Below the pieces are notes generated by a model. It did not search any database. It saw only the letters and a program-made list of their open reading frames with translations, and had not been told where the DNA came from. Shown piece after piece: positions 51,439 through 63,600 of a stretch of DNA of 64,000 nt. The position numbers and the translations under genes were made by a program. Every line of letters begins with the position of its first letter. Within the stretch, counting starts at the first letter, position 1. This DNA is from Cyanophora paradoxa CCMP329 (taxonomy: Eukaryota > Plantae > Glaucophyta): the NCBI GenBank assembly GCA_004431415.1, contig QPMI01000259.1:1-64000 (forward strand). Direction: 5' to 3'.

Positions 51439-54400
51439 TCACGGGCCGTGTACGCTACTGTTGGCGCTGCCAGCACTCTGAAGCGACGGGCCGGGGGGCA
51501 GAGGGGCCCCGGGCGCCGGCGCGGCGGGGCGCGGCATCGCCTCGAGGGCCTGGCGGGGGGTGGGCGGGGCGCGGGGCGGGGTGGGCGGGGCGGGGCACCT
51601 TGGCGAACTCCCTGGCGGCGGGGTCCTTGCGGCGGGCGAGCACCTTCGCCACGTTCCGCTTCGTCATCGGCTCGTGTGGGCTGTACGACACCTCCGGCCT
51701 GCCCCCCGCGCCCCGCTCGCCCGCCCCGCCCCGGGGTCCCGCGGAGGAGGGCCGGCACACAGCGTGGGGAAGAGAGCGATGAGCTCGCGCGTCGTCGGCT
51801 GGAAGAGGGTGTTGAGCGTCTTGTGCACGACCTTGGTGCGGCTCGCCACGTCTGTCCGCCCCTCGGCGCGCGGCGGGGCGCGGCGGGGCGCGGCGGGACG
51901 GGGCGCGGCGCGGGCGGCGGGCGGCGCACCGGGCTCCTCGAGGCCGCAGACCTTGCCGTCGGCGTCGCGGGCGACCCAGAACTCCTCCACCGTCTGCGCC
52001 CCGCTCGCCCCCCCGCCCCGCCCCCGCCCCTGCGCCCCGCCGCCCCGCGCGCCTTCAGGTCCTCCGCGAGGGCGTCGTAGTCCTGCGCGGCGGTGAGGGC
52101 GGGCGCGGGGGCGGGGGGGGGCGGGCGGAGCGGGCGGGCGCCTTCTCGCTGAACTGCCGGTTGGGGCACTCCATGAGGATCTTGACGAGGCAGTCGACCC
52201 TGGCGCCGGCGTCAGCGCCGCCGGCCGGCCGGCCCCGGCGGCCCCGCGCACTGCGCCTTGAGGATGCCGTGGAGCGTGAGGATCTGCACCAGCTCATCCT
52301 TGACTGCGCCGCCGTCTCGCGGGGAGCGGGCGGGGCGGGGGGGCGGGGGCGGGGGCGGGCCGTGGTCGCGGATGGCGGAGAGGAGCGGGGAGAGGGCGTC
52401 GAGGACGGGGGCGACGCCGCGCTTGTCCTCGCCGGGGCTCGGCACGTAGAGGGCCTCGTAGAAGACGGGCCGCAGGTCGACGTACACGACCTTCGCCCCG
52501 ATGAACTTGACCAGCTCGTCCGTCGTCGACTCCAGCGAGAGCAGGCACCCGTCGAAGAGCTGCCGCCCGTCACCCCCCGCCGCCCCCGCCCCCCGGCCCC
52601 GCACCTTCTCGTCGAGCGCCGGCGGCGGCGCGCCCTCCGCGGGGAAGAGCAGCAGCCACTTCTTGCGCATGTCCTGCCGCCCCCTGAGGGGGGGCGGGGG
52701 CGGGCGGGGGCAAGGCGGGCCTGCTCGAGGGAGAGGATGGACTCGCGGGCGAAGTGGAGGTTGTTGAGCTTGGTGAGGAGCTGCGCGGCGTCAAGCGGGG
52801 CGGGGGCGGGGGCGGGGCGGGGCGGGCCTCGTGGAGGGCGGCGAGGGAGCGGGCGGCGGCGGCGGGGTCCCGCTCCGCTGCCTTCTCGCTCTTGAGCGCC
52901 CGCATCACCGCGCTCGCCGCCTCCTTCAGCCGGCTCCCCGTCCCCGCCGCCGGCATCAGCGCGCTCTGCCCCCGACCCGTCAAGCCCCCGCCCCCGACCC
53001 GTCAAGCCCCCGCCCCCGACCCGTCAAGCCCCCGCCCCCGCCCCGCCCCGCCCGGGAGGCGCACGCGGGGCCCGCAGGAGCGGAGGACGTGCATCGCGTA
53101 TTTCTGGCGCGGGGTGAGGCGCGGGTCGGGTGGGGCGCGAGCGGGGCGGGGGCGGCGCCTGCATGATGCCGTCGATGGAGAGGGCGAGGGTGGAGATGCA
53201 CTCCGGGGGCAGGGGGATGCCGAGGTCGTACACGAAGGGCACCGTCTGCGCGAACATGGCGAAGAGGTCCATCACCGACGCCGAGATCCTGGCCCCGCCC
53301 CGTCACCCCCCGCCCCGCACCGCCGCCCCCCCGCCGGCGGCCGCACATGAGGTTCTCGTCGACGGGGCGCCAGGTCTCCATGGCGAGGCAGCGCTCCAGG
53401 CACGCGCTGAACGCCACGTGCTGCAGCTGCAGCCACTCCGAGAGCTGCCACCCCGTCACGCCCCCGCCCGCCCCGCGCGCGGCACCCTGCTCACCAGCGG
53501 TCCGTAAAGGCGCGAGAGCTCCAGAAGGAGGGCCTGGGGCGGCTCAGGCAGGGCGGGAGGGGCGGCGGGGGCGGCGGACGGCGCGGGGGCCGGGGAAGGC
53601 GCCGAGGGCGGCGAGGTGCGCCTGGAGCTCCTTGAGGTGGTGGAGCAGGCGCTGGGCGACGGGGTCCAGCGCCCGCCGCGCCTGCAGCGAGCGGTGGCAG
53701 TCCCCCGCGAAGAGCCGGCTCAGCTCCTCCAGCGCCACCTGCACCGCCCACCGGCACCCGCACGCCCCCCCCGCCCCCCGCGCCGCCCCGCCCGCCCCGG
53801 CCCCCTCCGCTCCGCCCGCCCCGCAGCGGCAGCCCCAGCGGTTGTAGGCGTGGGCGATCTCCTGCGGGGCGCGGGGTGAGGGGCGGCGCGGGACGGGGTC
53901 GGGGGCGGGGGCGGACGGCGATCTGGGCGGCGGCGGTGGCGCGGAGGTGGTCGGCGAGGGCGAGGAGGCCCTCCATCTCGACTGGACGCTTCGCCTGCGC
54001 CGTCGTCCGCTCGTACTCCTTCGCGACGGTGCTCACGAGCAGCATCGCCACCTCCGCCGCGTCCTCCTCCTCCCGCTCCACCGTGCCCCACCCCGCCTCC
54101 TCCGCCACCGTCCCCGCGCCCCGCCCCGCCCCGGCCCCCTCCTGCAGCCGCTGCGGGTCCCCGGCCGGTCGCTGCGCCGCCGCACCGGCCCGACGACTCG
54201 GCGGCCGGCGCGGGGCCGGGCCCGGGGTGGGCCTCGGGGTTGGGGCGCGGGGCTCGGGGGCGAGGGAGAACGGTGGGGGCGAGGGGCGGGCGGAGGACCC
54301 GGCGGGGCGGGGCGAGGGCGGGGGCGGGGGCGAGGGCGGGGCGGGGAGGGCGAGGGAGCCGTCGGAGGGGAGCGGGGCGGCGAGGCCGGCGGCGTCCATG

Positions 54401-57400
54401 AGGCGCTTGAGGAGGATGTACACCTCGAGCTCCTTGGCGAGGGTCGCCCCCTCCCCCGCCCCGAAGTACCGCAGCGCGTCCGCCAGCCGCGTCGCGAAGA
54501 ACTCCCGCACCGCGCACAGCGCCCCTGCCCCGCCCCGTCCCACGTCCGCCCCGCCCCCGCCCCGGGCGGCCGCCCCGCGCACCCGTCATGTAGGCGCGCT
54601 CGGGGTCGTTGGCGGGGCCTGCGGGGCGCTCGGGCGGGGCGGCGGGGCCGGGGCGGGGCGGCGGACGGCGGGGGAGGTTGAGGACGACGGCCTTCTTGAG
54701 GGCGGCGAGGGCCGCCGCATGCCCCGCCCGCCCCGGCTGCTGCCGCGCGTAGTGCCGCCACAGGCACACAAGCACGCTGCGCCCCGCTCAACGCCGCGAA
54801 GGCAAGCTGGGGCGGGGCGGGGCTCGCCAGAGCTCGTGCATGAAGGGGGTGACGGCGAGGTGCGGGCGCACGGCCGCCAGCGCCTCGAGCAGGGCCGGCT
54901 CCTCCGGCGGCGCCTGCCCCGCCGTCGGGCCCCGCGCGGGGTGGGGCAGGGCGGCGGGCGCACGGCGACGGCGTCCTCGCGGGCGTAGCACGAGCGCACG
55001 AGGCGCTCGTACAGCTGCGCCGCGTCAGCGGCGCCGCGCGAGTCGGCTGGCGCCGGCGCGGCGGGCGGGGCGGGCCTGGAGGTTGATGGGGTAGGGGATG
55101 GGGAGGGTGTACTTCTGGGCCGGCGTGCCGTCGTCGCCGGCGGCGCGATCGAGGGCGCGGTAGAGCTGCTGCACAAACGAGTCCACCTCCCGCAGCGTCC
55201 CCGCGTACCCCTCCTCGTCCAGCTCTGCCCCGCCCACGCCGCGTGGCGCCTCGGGCGGGGCGGGGCGGGGCGGGCGGGGCGCGCACCGCCCGAGGCCTTG
55301 AAGGGGAGCTCCTTGAGCTGCTGCATGAGCTGCCCCAGCCGCCCCTTCACCTCCTCCCCCGTCATCTGCGCCCGCGTTGGCCCCCGCCCCGCCCCGCCCC
55401 GCCCCCGCCCCGCCGGCCGCACGTCGCGCTTCTTGATCTTGAAGTCGGAGGCCCCCGAGCGGCGCACCGCCCACAGCAGCCCGTTTGCGAAGAGCGCGAT
55501 CTGGCGGCCGGTGAGGGCGGCGAGGGCTGGTGCGGGGGGCGTGGGCCGGGCGGCGCGCCTGCCGGTCCTGCCACGCCTTGAACTCGGACTTCTTGTCGAA
55601 GTCGGCGGGACGGCGGCTCTTGAGGAGCATGAAGCGGTAGTGGAGGTGCGGGCGCAGGGCGTTGAGCGAGGGCACGCGCCGGTTCGTGTCCGGCGAGAGC
55701 GGCCGCAGCTTCAGGCGCGCCACGATCCGCTGGTGCTCCCGCAGCGTGATCCCCGCGTTCACCCGCACCGCCCCGCACACCCGGTCCGCCTCCTGCGCCC
55801 CGTCGCCCCGCCGCCCCGCGCGAGGGGGCCGGGCGGGGCGCGCACGGCGTCGGCCCCCATGAGCTCCGTGCAGAGGACGAGGTGCTCGTAGGCGGCGGCC
55901 TGCGGGGCCTCGGCGCGAGGGCGAGGAGGCGGCGCGGGGGGCGACGCGCACGCTGAGGTGCTCGTCGTTGAGGTAGAGGTCGCCGGGGGGCAGGGCCACC
56001 CGCTGCGTCTCCTCCACCCCCCGGAAGCGCGCGTACAGCTGCTCCAGCCGCACCTGCAGCGCCCGCCGCCGCGCCGCCGCTGTCTCCGCCGGCCCCGCCG
56101 CAACGCCGCCCTCCTCCTGCGCCTCCGAGAGCACCGCGCTCTGCGCCGCGTCGCCCCTTCTGCAGGGCGCCGGGGCGGGGACGCGGGGCGGGGGACGAGG
56201 GGCGCACGAGCTGCCCCGGGGAGACGTCTACGTAGCGCTCGAAGCACTGGCGGCCCGTCAGCGGCCGGCGGCGCAACGCGCCGGCCTGCGCACCTGCGAG
56301 ATGAGGCCCAGGAAGCGCGGCGGGTGCGCCGGCGGCGCCGGTGGGCGCGCCTCGAGCTGCGCGACGTCAGCGGCGGGAGGGGAGACGGGGTCGGGGCGGC
56401 GCGCCTCCATGCCGAAGCGCCAGCCGAGGTCAACCACCTCCTCCTGCCACGGCGGCTCCTCCGGCCAAGGCGCCCCCTCCCCGCCCCGCCCCGCCGGCGA
56501 GGCCCCTGCCCGCGGCGGGGGCGAGGCCCCCTCCTCGACGCCCCGCTGGACGGGCACCATTGCGGCCTGCGCGCGGGGCTCACGCGGGGTGCCCGGCGTG
56601 CGGCGTGCGCGGGGCGGTGCCTGCTGCGGGGCCGGGGCGAGGGCCGGCGTGGCCTGGAGCTCCGGGGGGCGGCCCGCGGCGTGCTCGCCCTGCCCAAAGC
56701 GCGCGGCGAGCTCCTGTGGGCGCCTCAGGCGCCCCGGCAGCGGCGGCGGGGGCGAGGGGGGCAGGGGGCGCCTTCTCGAACTCGATGGTCTTCTGCATGG
56801 CGAAGAGGATCGCCCCGTCGCTGTCCGCCTGCTCGCGCCGGCTGTCCAGCAGGAGCTGCGCGCGGTCAGCGCCGCTGCGGGGCTGCCGGCGCGGGGGGAA
56901 CCTGGAGAGTCTTGCGGGTGAGGGAGCAGAACTCGGCGCAGAGGGCCTCCGCCACGCCCCAGCCCGCCGGGAAGAGGCCCCCGAAGCTGCCCCCGCCCCC
57001 GCCTCACCCCCCGCGGCGGCGCGGCGGCGGGGCGGCGGGCGGGCACCGGCGCTCGAGCTCGGCGAGCTGCCCCCGCATCCACGCGAAGCGCCGCTCCGTC
57101 GCCTCCAGCGTCGCGAACTGGCCCCCCGCCGCGAACTCCCCGTGCGTGTACCCCTCCAGCTGCAGGCGGCAGAACCAGGTGACGAGGTCCTTGCTGCGGG
57201 GGGTGAGGGGGCGGGGGCGGGGGCCGGGGGCCGGGGCGCGGACCGGGCGTCGGGGCCGAGGGCCTCGACGACCTTGCAGGCCTCCTGCAGGCGCCCGAGC
57301 TGCTGTCCGTCCCCCGGCATCGCCACGTACCTGCCGCGCCCCCGTCCGCCCCCGCCGCCGCGGCGCCGCGCCGCCGCCGCCGCCGCCCCCGGCTGCGCAC

Positions 57401-58486
57401 GTGGAGAACTGGTCGAAGATCTGGCGGCGGAGGATGGTCCGGACTTCGGCGACGGCCTCGCGGATGCGCGCCAGCTCCGCGATGTCCGCGTACCCCACCA
57501 GCCGCCCCAGCACTTGGTTCGTCGCCTGCCGCCCCCGCCCCTCGCCCCGCGCCCCGCGCCCCCCGCCCCGGGCCCCGGCGGGGGCACCTCGAGGTACACC
57601 GCCGCCTGCCGGTAGTCCACCTGCTCCGCGAAGCCCTTGAGCAGCACCGACGCTTGCACTGCCCGCCCCGGCGTCGCCCCACCGGTTTGCGGCGGGCCCG
57701 CGGGGCGGGGCGCACGGAGGAAGCGGACGCGGAGGAGCGTGTTGACTTCGTCGGCGAGGGCCTGCGCGGCGGTGTGCACGCTGGCGCCGGCGGCGACGGT
57801 GGGGCGGCCTCACCCGCTTGGCGCACTCCAGGGGCCGCAGCTCCGTGATGAAGACGCCCGTGGAGAGCTCCGCCTCCTCGCACCGCGCCTTCAGGTTCGC
57901 GAAGCGCTCCCGCAGCTCCTGCGCGCCCCGCCCCTCGGCCCCTCTCCCCGCCCAGCGCGCCGCACGCATGCGCACCCGAATGCGGCTCCCGGCCGCGGCG
58001 ATGTCGTGGTGGGCCTTGGAGACGGACATCACGCCGTGCACCATCTCGTCCGTCATCCGACGCATCTTCGTCTGCAGCTTGTTGATGTACGGGCCAATGT
58101 TCGTCAGCGATTGCACTGCCGCCGTCTCCGCGTTAGCTCGCGCCGCGCTGAGCGACGGCAACGAGTGGCTGGCGACCATGGCGGCGGCCCGCACCGTCCG
58201 GGAACGTTTTAGTAACGAACGCGGCGATCTTGGGGTCGAGATTCTCGTCCAGGCAGGTCTCATTCTCAGCAGCGCCTGCGCGCCAACACAGTGAGCACCC
58301 ACTGGCGCGACATCGCTGCTGCGGCACGACGCTCGTCGCTCGAACGAGCGCTGCGCGATTCGAGAGCACCGCACCATCGTCCAGGCTCCGATGCGCGCTG
58401 CTCACGGCGGCAATGCGGTCCGAGATGCTCGCCGCCAGCGACGCCGGCGGGCCGTCTTCATCAGACTCACTGTCAGAGTAGACCAT
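51439..58486 (-). CDS. Vps53 N-terminal-like domain fused to a PATROL1/Munc13-like (DUF810/MUN) domain
   Basis: N-half: ELRPLECAKR, ERRFAWMRGQL, LFPAGWGVAEALCAEFCSLTR, ILFAMQKTIEFEKELAARF, RFLGLISQCFERYV (Vps53-like). C-half: LLKSRRPADFDKKSEFKAWQDRQIALFANGLL, YPINLQLYERLVRSC, AKVVYVDLRPVFYEALY, VLARRKDPAAREF (PATROL1-like). The splice-joined frame is continuous across the junction. Confidence 0.75.
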
Positions 58487-58683
58487 CTCGCGGCGAGGGC
58501 CGTCAAGCGTCAGCTTTGGCGAGTCGGGTCGGGCCCGGTCGGGCCGGGCCGGGTCGGCTGAGGGGGGGATACACTGAGTCAGCCGGCTCCAGTTGATCCG
58601 CAAACGCAGCCAACCAAACCCACACACAACCCCCAAGTTCGACAGCAGCGAGCGCTCGACAGCAGCGAGCGCTCGTGCGAGCG

Positions 58684-59449
58684 ATGGGCCTGCGAGTTGT
58701 GCCCCATGTAATCGACGGCGCATTCCTCATCGAATGCGACCGCTTCCACGATAACCGGGGCTTCTTCCAGGCTCGCTTCCCCCGTCTCATCGATCGCTCT
58801 AGCTAACTGCCGTCCAGGAGTTGTACAAGAAGACGACCTACCCGGAGAGCATGGTGCAGGAGTGGGGCCAGATCAACATTAGCATGTCCAACAAGAACGT
58901 CGTGCGCGGGATGCACACGTCGCCCTACCCCAAGGTGCGCTCCCTCGCGGCACATCGGTTGGCGGCTGTAGCTCACGCGCGCGGGAACAGCTGGTGTGCG
59001 TGATGCGGGGGCGGCTGATCGACATCGTGGTGGATCTGCGCGAGGGCTCCCCGACCTACCTGAAGCAGTCGGTGACGGAGCTGTCGGCGGACGTGCCGCG
59101 CCAGAGCTACATCCCCGCCGGCTGCGCGCACGGCTTCTACACCTGCGAGGACGACACCGCCATCCTCTACATGCAGGTCCGCCCGCGCGCGGCGGCGGGG
59201 CGGGCGGCTCGGCGGGGCGGGGCGGGGCGCGAGAGGGCGGGGGCGCAGGGCGTCTTTGACCCGGCACGGGAGATGGACGTGAACTGGCGGGACGCGACGC
59301 TGGCGATCGCGTGGCCGGCGAGCGACGCGTACGTCCTCTCCGACAAGGACCGCAACGCCCCCGACCTCGCCACCTCCCGCCGCAACCTCGCTGAGCGCCT
59401 CGCGCGAGCCCGAGAAGCTGAGAGCAGGGCGCCCCAGCCCCCCGGCTAG
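58684..59449 (+). CDS. rmlC: dTDP-4-dehydrorhamnose 3,5-epimerase (cupin), 4 exons
   Basis: IDGAFLIECDRFHDNRGFFQE...QINISMSNKNVVRGMH...KLVCVMRGRLIDIVVDLREGSPTY...YIPAGCAHGF...WRDATLAIAWP...LSDKD. Introns at 58771 (GC donor), 58935 and 59177. Confidence 0.93.
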
Positions 59450-59585
59450 CGTTGGGCGCCCCACCTTCGACCTCTCCCGGAGTCACGGTCCCGGCCCGGC
59501 GGAATCCTGGGCTGTTGAAGCTTTAGATTTCAGATTTCACCGTACCCCTGGGCCTCCGCCCGGCCAGCGGTCGCCGGCCTGGCGA

Positions 59586-59718
59586 CGGGGAAGGGGAGGG
59601 GAAGGGGAGGGGAAGGGGGAGGGGGAGGGGGAGGGAGCGGGGGGGGGGGGGAAGGGGGGGCGGGGGGGAGGGGGAGGGGAGGGGGGGGAGGGGGGGGAGG
59701 GGGAGGGGGAGGGGGGGG
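59586..59718 (+). repeat. Polypurine (GGGGA/GGGGAA)n tract, G4/H-DNA prone
   Basis: ~130 nt almost entirely G/A. Confidence 0.9.
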
Positions 59719-60682
59719 TAGGGCCTAGTCGGCCGCCGGGCTGCTGGGCCTTCGCCTAGACACTGACTCAGTGAGTATGCTTGCAACTTGGTGGGTACTA
59801 GTACTACAGGCTTCCGGAGTCCGGCCGCTGGTAGGCTGGGGGCAGGTTATCTTCGGAATCATGCCTGAATCATAATCAGTGATGAGCCATATGAATTAAA
59901 TGTGAAACTTTAACGGTGCCGGGGCCGCCGGTGCTCGTCGCCCGCGTAATCCGAGGCTCCGTCGGACTCGGGACTTCGATCATGCATATGATGCTTGGGA
60001 CTCCGGGGATCCGCAGGGCCGGGATCCGATGATGGGGATTTCAAGTTTCAAATTAAATATAAATTTGCTGATCGAGTTGCACACTAGTGCATTTGACTCA
60101 TGATCATGCCATGATGATGATCCGATGATCATGATCAGTGACCACTGTGTGTGCGTGTGCCCCACGGTGCCACGGTGACCACTGGCCATGACTCAGTGAC
60201 TCACTGAGTCATGAGTCATGATCCGATGATCAGCTGCACCGTGGCACAGTGCCATGGTGCTCTGCCGCAGTGCGGCAGTATACGCGTACGTAAACTTGAA
60301 ACTCGAAATCGGCCTGCCAAGCCTTGAAGCTGCACTCTGGCACTGTCACATGGCAGCCTGGCAGTCACTGAGTCACACGGCGCAGTACCTCACCGTCACG
60401 GCGTGCCGCACTGCGGCAGTGCCGCAGTGCGTGCCGCCGAATTTGGACCGTCGGACTTCAGAAACTCCAAATATCATAGTATTTGGAGCGAGATCAGATC
60501 TAGAGCCTCGGAGCGAAAATGTTGACGGCACCATGATCACTGAGTCATGATTATAACAATTTGCCGCGCAGAAACGGTCCAAAGCGGAGCCTAAATTCGC
60601 AATCGAAACAAAGCCGAAGCATGAGAGGGTGGCGCGGGGGTCGGATATGGCCGGTTTGAAAGGGCCGCGCGGGCGGGGCGCG

Positions 60683-63600
60683 CTACTTGGCCTTCTTGCT
60701 CTCGTAGAGGGCGCGGCGGCGGCTGTCGGCGAGCAGCTTCGGGTCGGCCGGCGGCTTCGCCTCGGGGGCGACCTCCTCGTAGCGCGACCACGCGATCTCC
60801 GGGCCCCGCGCCGGCACCCGCCCCAGGAAGTTCGCCGGCGGCACGTTCGCGTCCCGCAGCGGCGCCGTCAGCACGAAGACGCCTCCTCCCGCGATCAGGA
60901 ACTGCGCCCCGCTCGCATGCGGGCGGGAGGCGGGCGAGACGGGGCTCTCACGCTGAGGGGGACGAGGGCGAGGACGAGTGTCGCGACGAGGAGGATGACG
61001 AAGATGGCGAGCGACATCCACTCCACCTGCCACCGCGCCAGCCTGCCGGCCCCCGTCACCCCCGCCCCCCGCCCGCAGCCCCCCCCCCCGCCCCCCCCGC
61101 GGCCCGGCGCCCCGGGCGCGCTTTCCGAGCCGGTCGATGAGGGTGACCTGCGGGGGGGCGGGGCGGGGCGTGGGGGGAGTGGCGGCGGGGGCGGGCGGGG
61201 CGGGGGCGCGGACGGCGTCGGAGGTCATGCGCTGGACGGCGAGGATCTGGCCCTGGATGCGCCCGTAGAAATCGTACAGCACCTGCGCCCCCGTCCGCCC
61301 CGCCCGGCCCTGCGCGGGGCGGGGCGGCGCGGGGCGCGGACGCGGAAGTCGTCGGCCTTCTTGGCCTCCTTGACGGCGGCGGCCTCCGCGGCCTCCGCGA
61401 GGTCGTCCTCGCTCGGCGGTGGCGCCGCGAACTCCAGCTCCGACCGCTTCTCCAGCCGCGGCCGCGCCCCCGTCAGCTTCTCCAGCTCTGCCTTCTCCGC
61501 CGCCGGCAGCGACGCCCGGCGCTTCTCCTGCAGCGCCCGCTGCCGCTTCTCGAGGAGCTTGACCTGCGGAGGCGGCTCGGGGGGGCGGGGCGCGGGGCGC
61601 GGGGCGGCGTACGCGACTGCGCTTCTTGAGGTAGTTGGAGGCCATGCCGGCGGCGAGGGCGAGGGGCAGGAGCGGCGGAATCCAGTGGAGGTGCAGCGAG
61701 AGGAACACCTGCGCCGCCGTCGCCCCCGCACGCGGCGGGGCGCGCGGGGCGGGGGCACCCAGACGAGGCAGATGAGGAGGGCGCCGGGCTTGTTCCGCCA
61801 CTGCAGGCTCGGCTCCAGCTTCCGCACGAACGCCGCAAGCGGCGCCGGGTCCGGGAAGGCGGCCCCGATCTGCTTGAACTGCGCCCCCGTCGGCCCCGCC
61901 AGCGGCCCAGCGCGCAGCCGTTCGCTCACGTTTTGGGTGATGAGGCTGAGCTGCACGGAGCTGCGGGGCGGGCGTCGGCGGGGCGGGAGGGGCGGGGCGA
62001 GGGGGGGCGCACGAGTAGCGCTCCTCGTGGAGGGCGAGGCGGGGGTCGTTGCGGTCGGGCAGCACGGGGTTCGCCACGTGCGCGAGGTAGTACGCCTTCT
62101 TGTCCACCCGCAGCTGCAGCCGCAGCCGCAGCCGGCCCCGGAATTTGAACCTGCCCCCCGCCTCGGCGGCAGCGGGGGCGCCGGCGGGGGCGGGCGCGCC
62201 CAGCGATGGTGGAAGCGCTCTGGACCTCGTTGCGGCGCCAGCGCTCCTTGTCGTTGATCTCGTACCTGCGGCGGCTGCAGACGCCGCGGCGCGGTCCGGG
62301 GGCGCTCGTGGGCACCACCGGTCGTGCGACGCCTCGTCGAAGAGGTCCCACAGCGGCACCCGCACGATCCCCATCTGGCCCGCCCCCGCCCCCTCAGCTG
62401 GCCTCCGACCCCCGCCGCCCCCGCCTGGCACACCAGGTCGTGGCCGCCGATTTTGTCCCAGTCCCAAAGCTCCACCGCCAGCGTCCCCATCGGCTCCGTC
62501 ACCGGCCTGCCGCGGCGCGTCAGGCCGGGCCCCGCGGGGCGGGGCGAGCGGGGCGCGGTCGCACAGGACGTGCTCCGTGTTCCAGACGGGGTTCAGCGTC
62601 TCCATCTTCACCTCCCCCTTGATCGGCTCCCGCTCGAAGTGGATGACGTCTGCGGCGCGTCACGCCGGCCGCGCGCGGGCGGGGCGGGGCGGACAGTAGG
62701 GGTCGCTGGTGCCGAGGAGGTCGAGGGCCTCGAGCTGCTCGGCCTCGACGACGGTGACGCGCAGCTCGCCCCAGTAGAGCCGCGGCACCTGCACGGTCGG
62801 GTCCACAAACTCCCCGTGCTCCCCCAGCAGCGCCTTGCTCAGCGGCACACCCCCCTTCCCCGCCCCGCCCGCACCCGCCCCCGCCCCGCCCGCCACCGCC
62901 CCGACCCCCGCCCCGGCCCCCGCCGAGCCCGTCCTCGCTGTCGGGCTTGCGGGTGCTGGTGCGCTGGGCCCCGCCCCGACAGCCGCCGAGGCCGCCGAAG
63001 CGACCGCCGGGGCGTCCTCCGGGGCGGGCGCGGGGCCGCGGGGACCTCCACCGCCTCCCCCGTCTGCGGCAGGGGTCAGGGCCCCAGGGAGTGGGCCCCA
63101 GGCGGCGGGCGGGCCGGGCCTGGGCGGAGAGGGCGGCAGCAACGAGCGCGGCCGACTCAGCGGCGGCGCGCGCCGCGTCGGCCCCCATCCCAAACGCGTC
63201 CGAGAGCCGCCGCTGTGCCCGCCCCACCCGCCGGATTACCACCGGCGCCGCCTCCCCGACGACAGCCTCCGCGGCAGGGCCCTCCGCGGGGCCCTCCTCG
63301 CGGGGGGCGGCAAGGGAGGGCGCCTCCGGCGGCGCCTCATCGGCCGGCTCCGCCTCTACGGGCAGCTCGCGGCAGATGAGTCCGTCTGCCGCCCCATTTC
63401 GCGCCCCGCACCAGGGGGCGGGGCACCGCGCGCGCGCGGGCGGACCGTCCTCGTCCTTGGCGAGCCAGCGGGCGCAGGGGAAGTGGAGCGGGGGCCCCTC
63501 CCAGCCCTCGGGCTCGACCTCGACGTAGTCGAGGAACCAGCCGGGGCCGAGACCCGAGTTGTCGTGCTCCACCACCACCGCCCGCAGCTCCCCCACGTCG

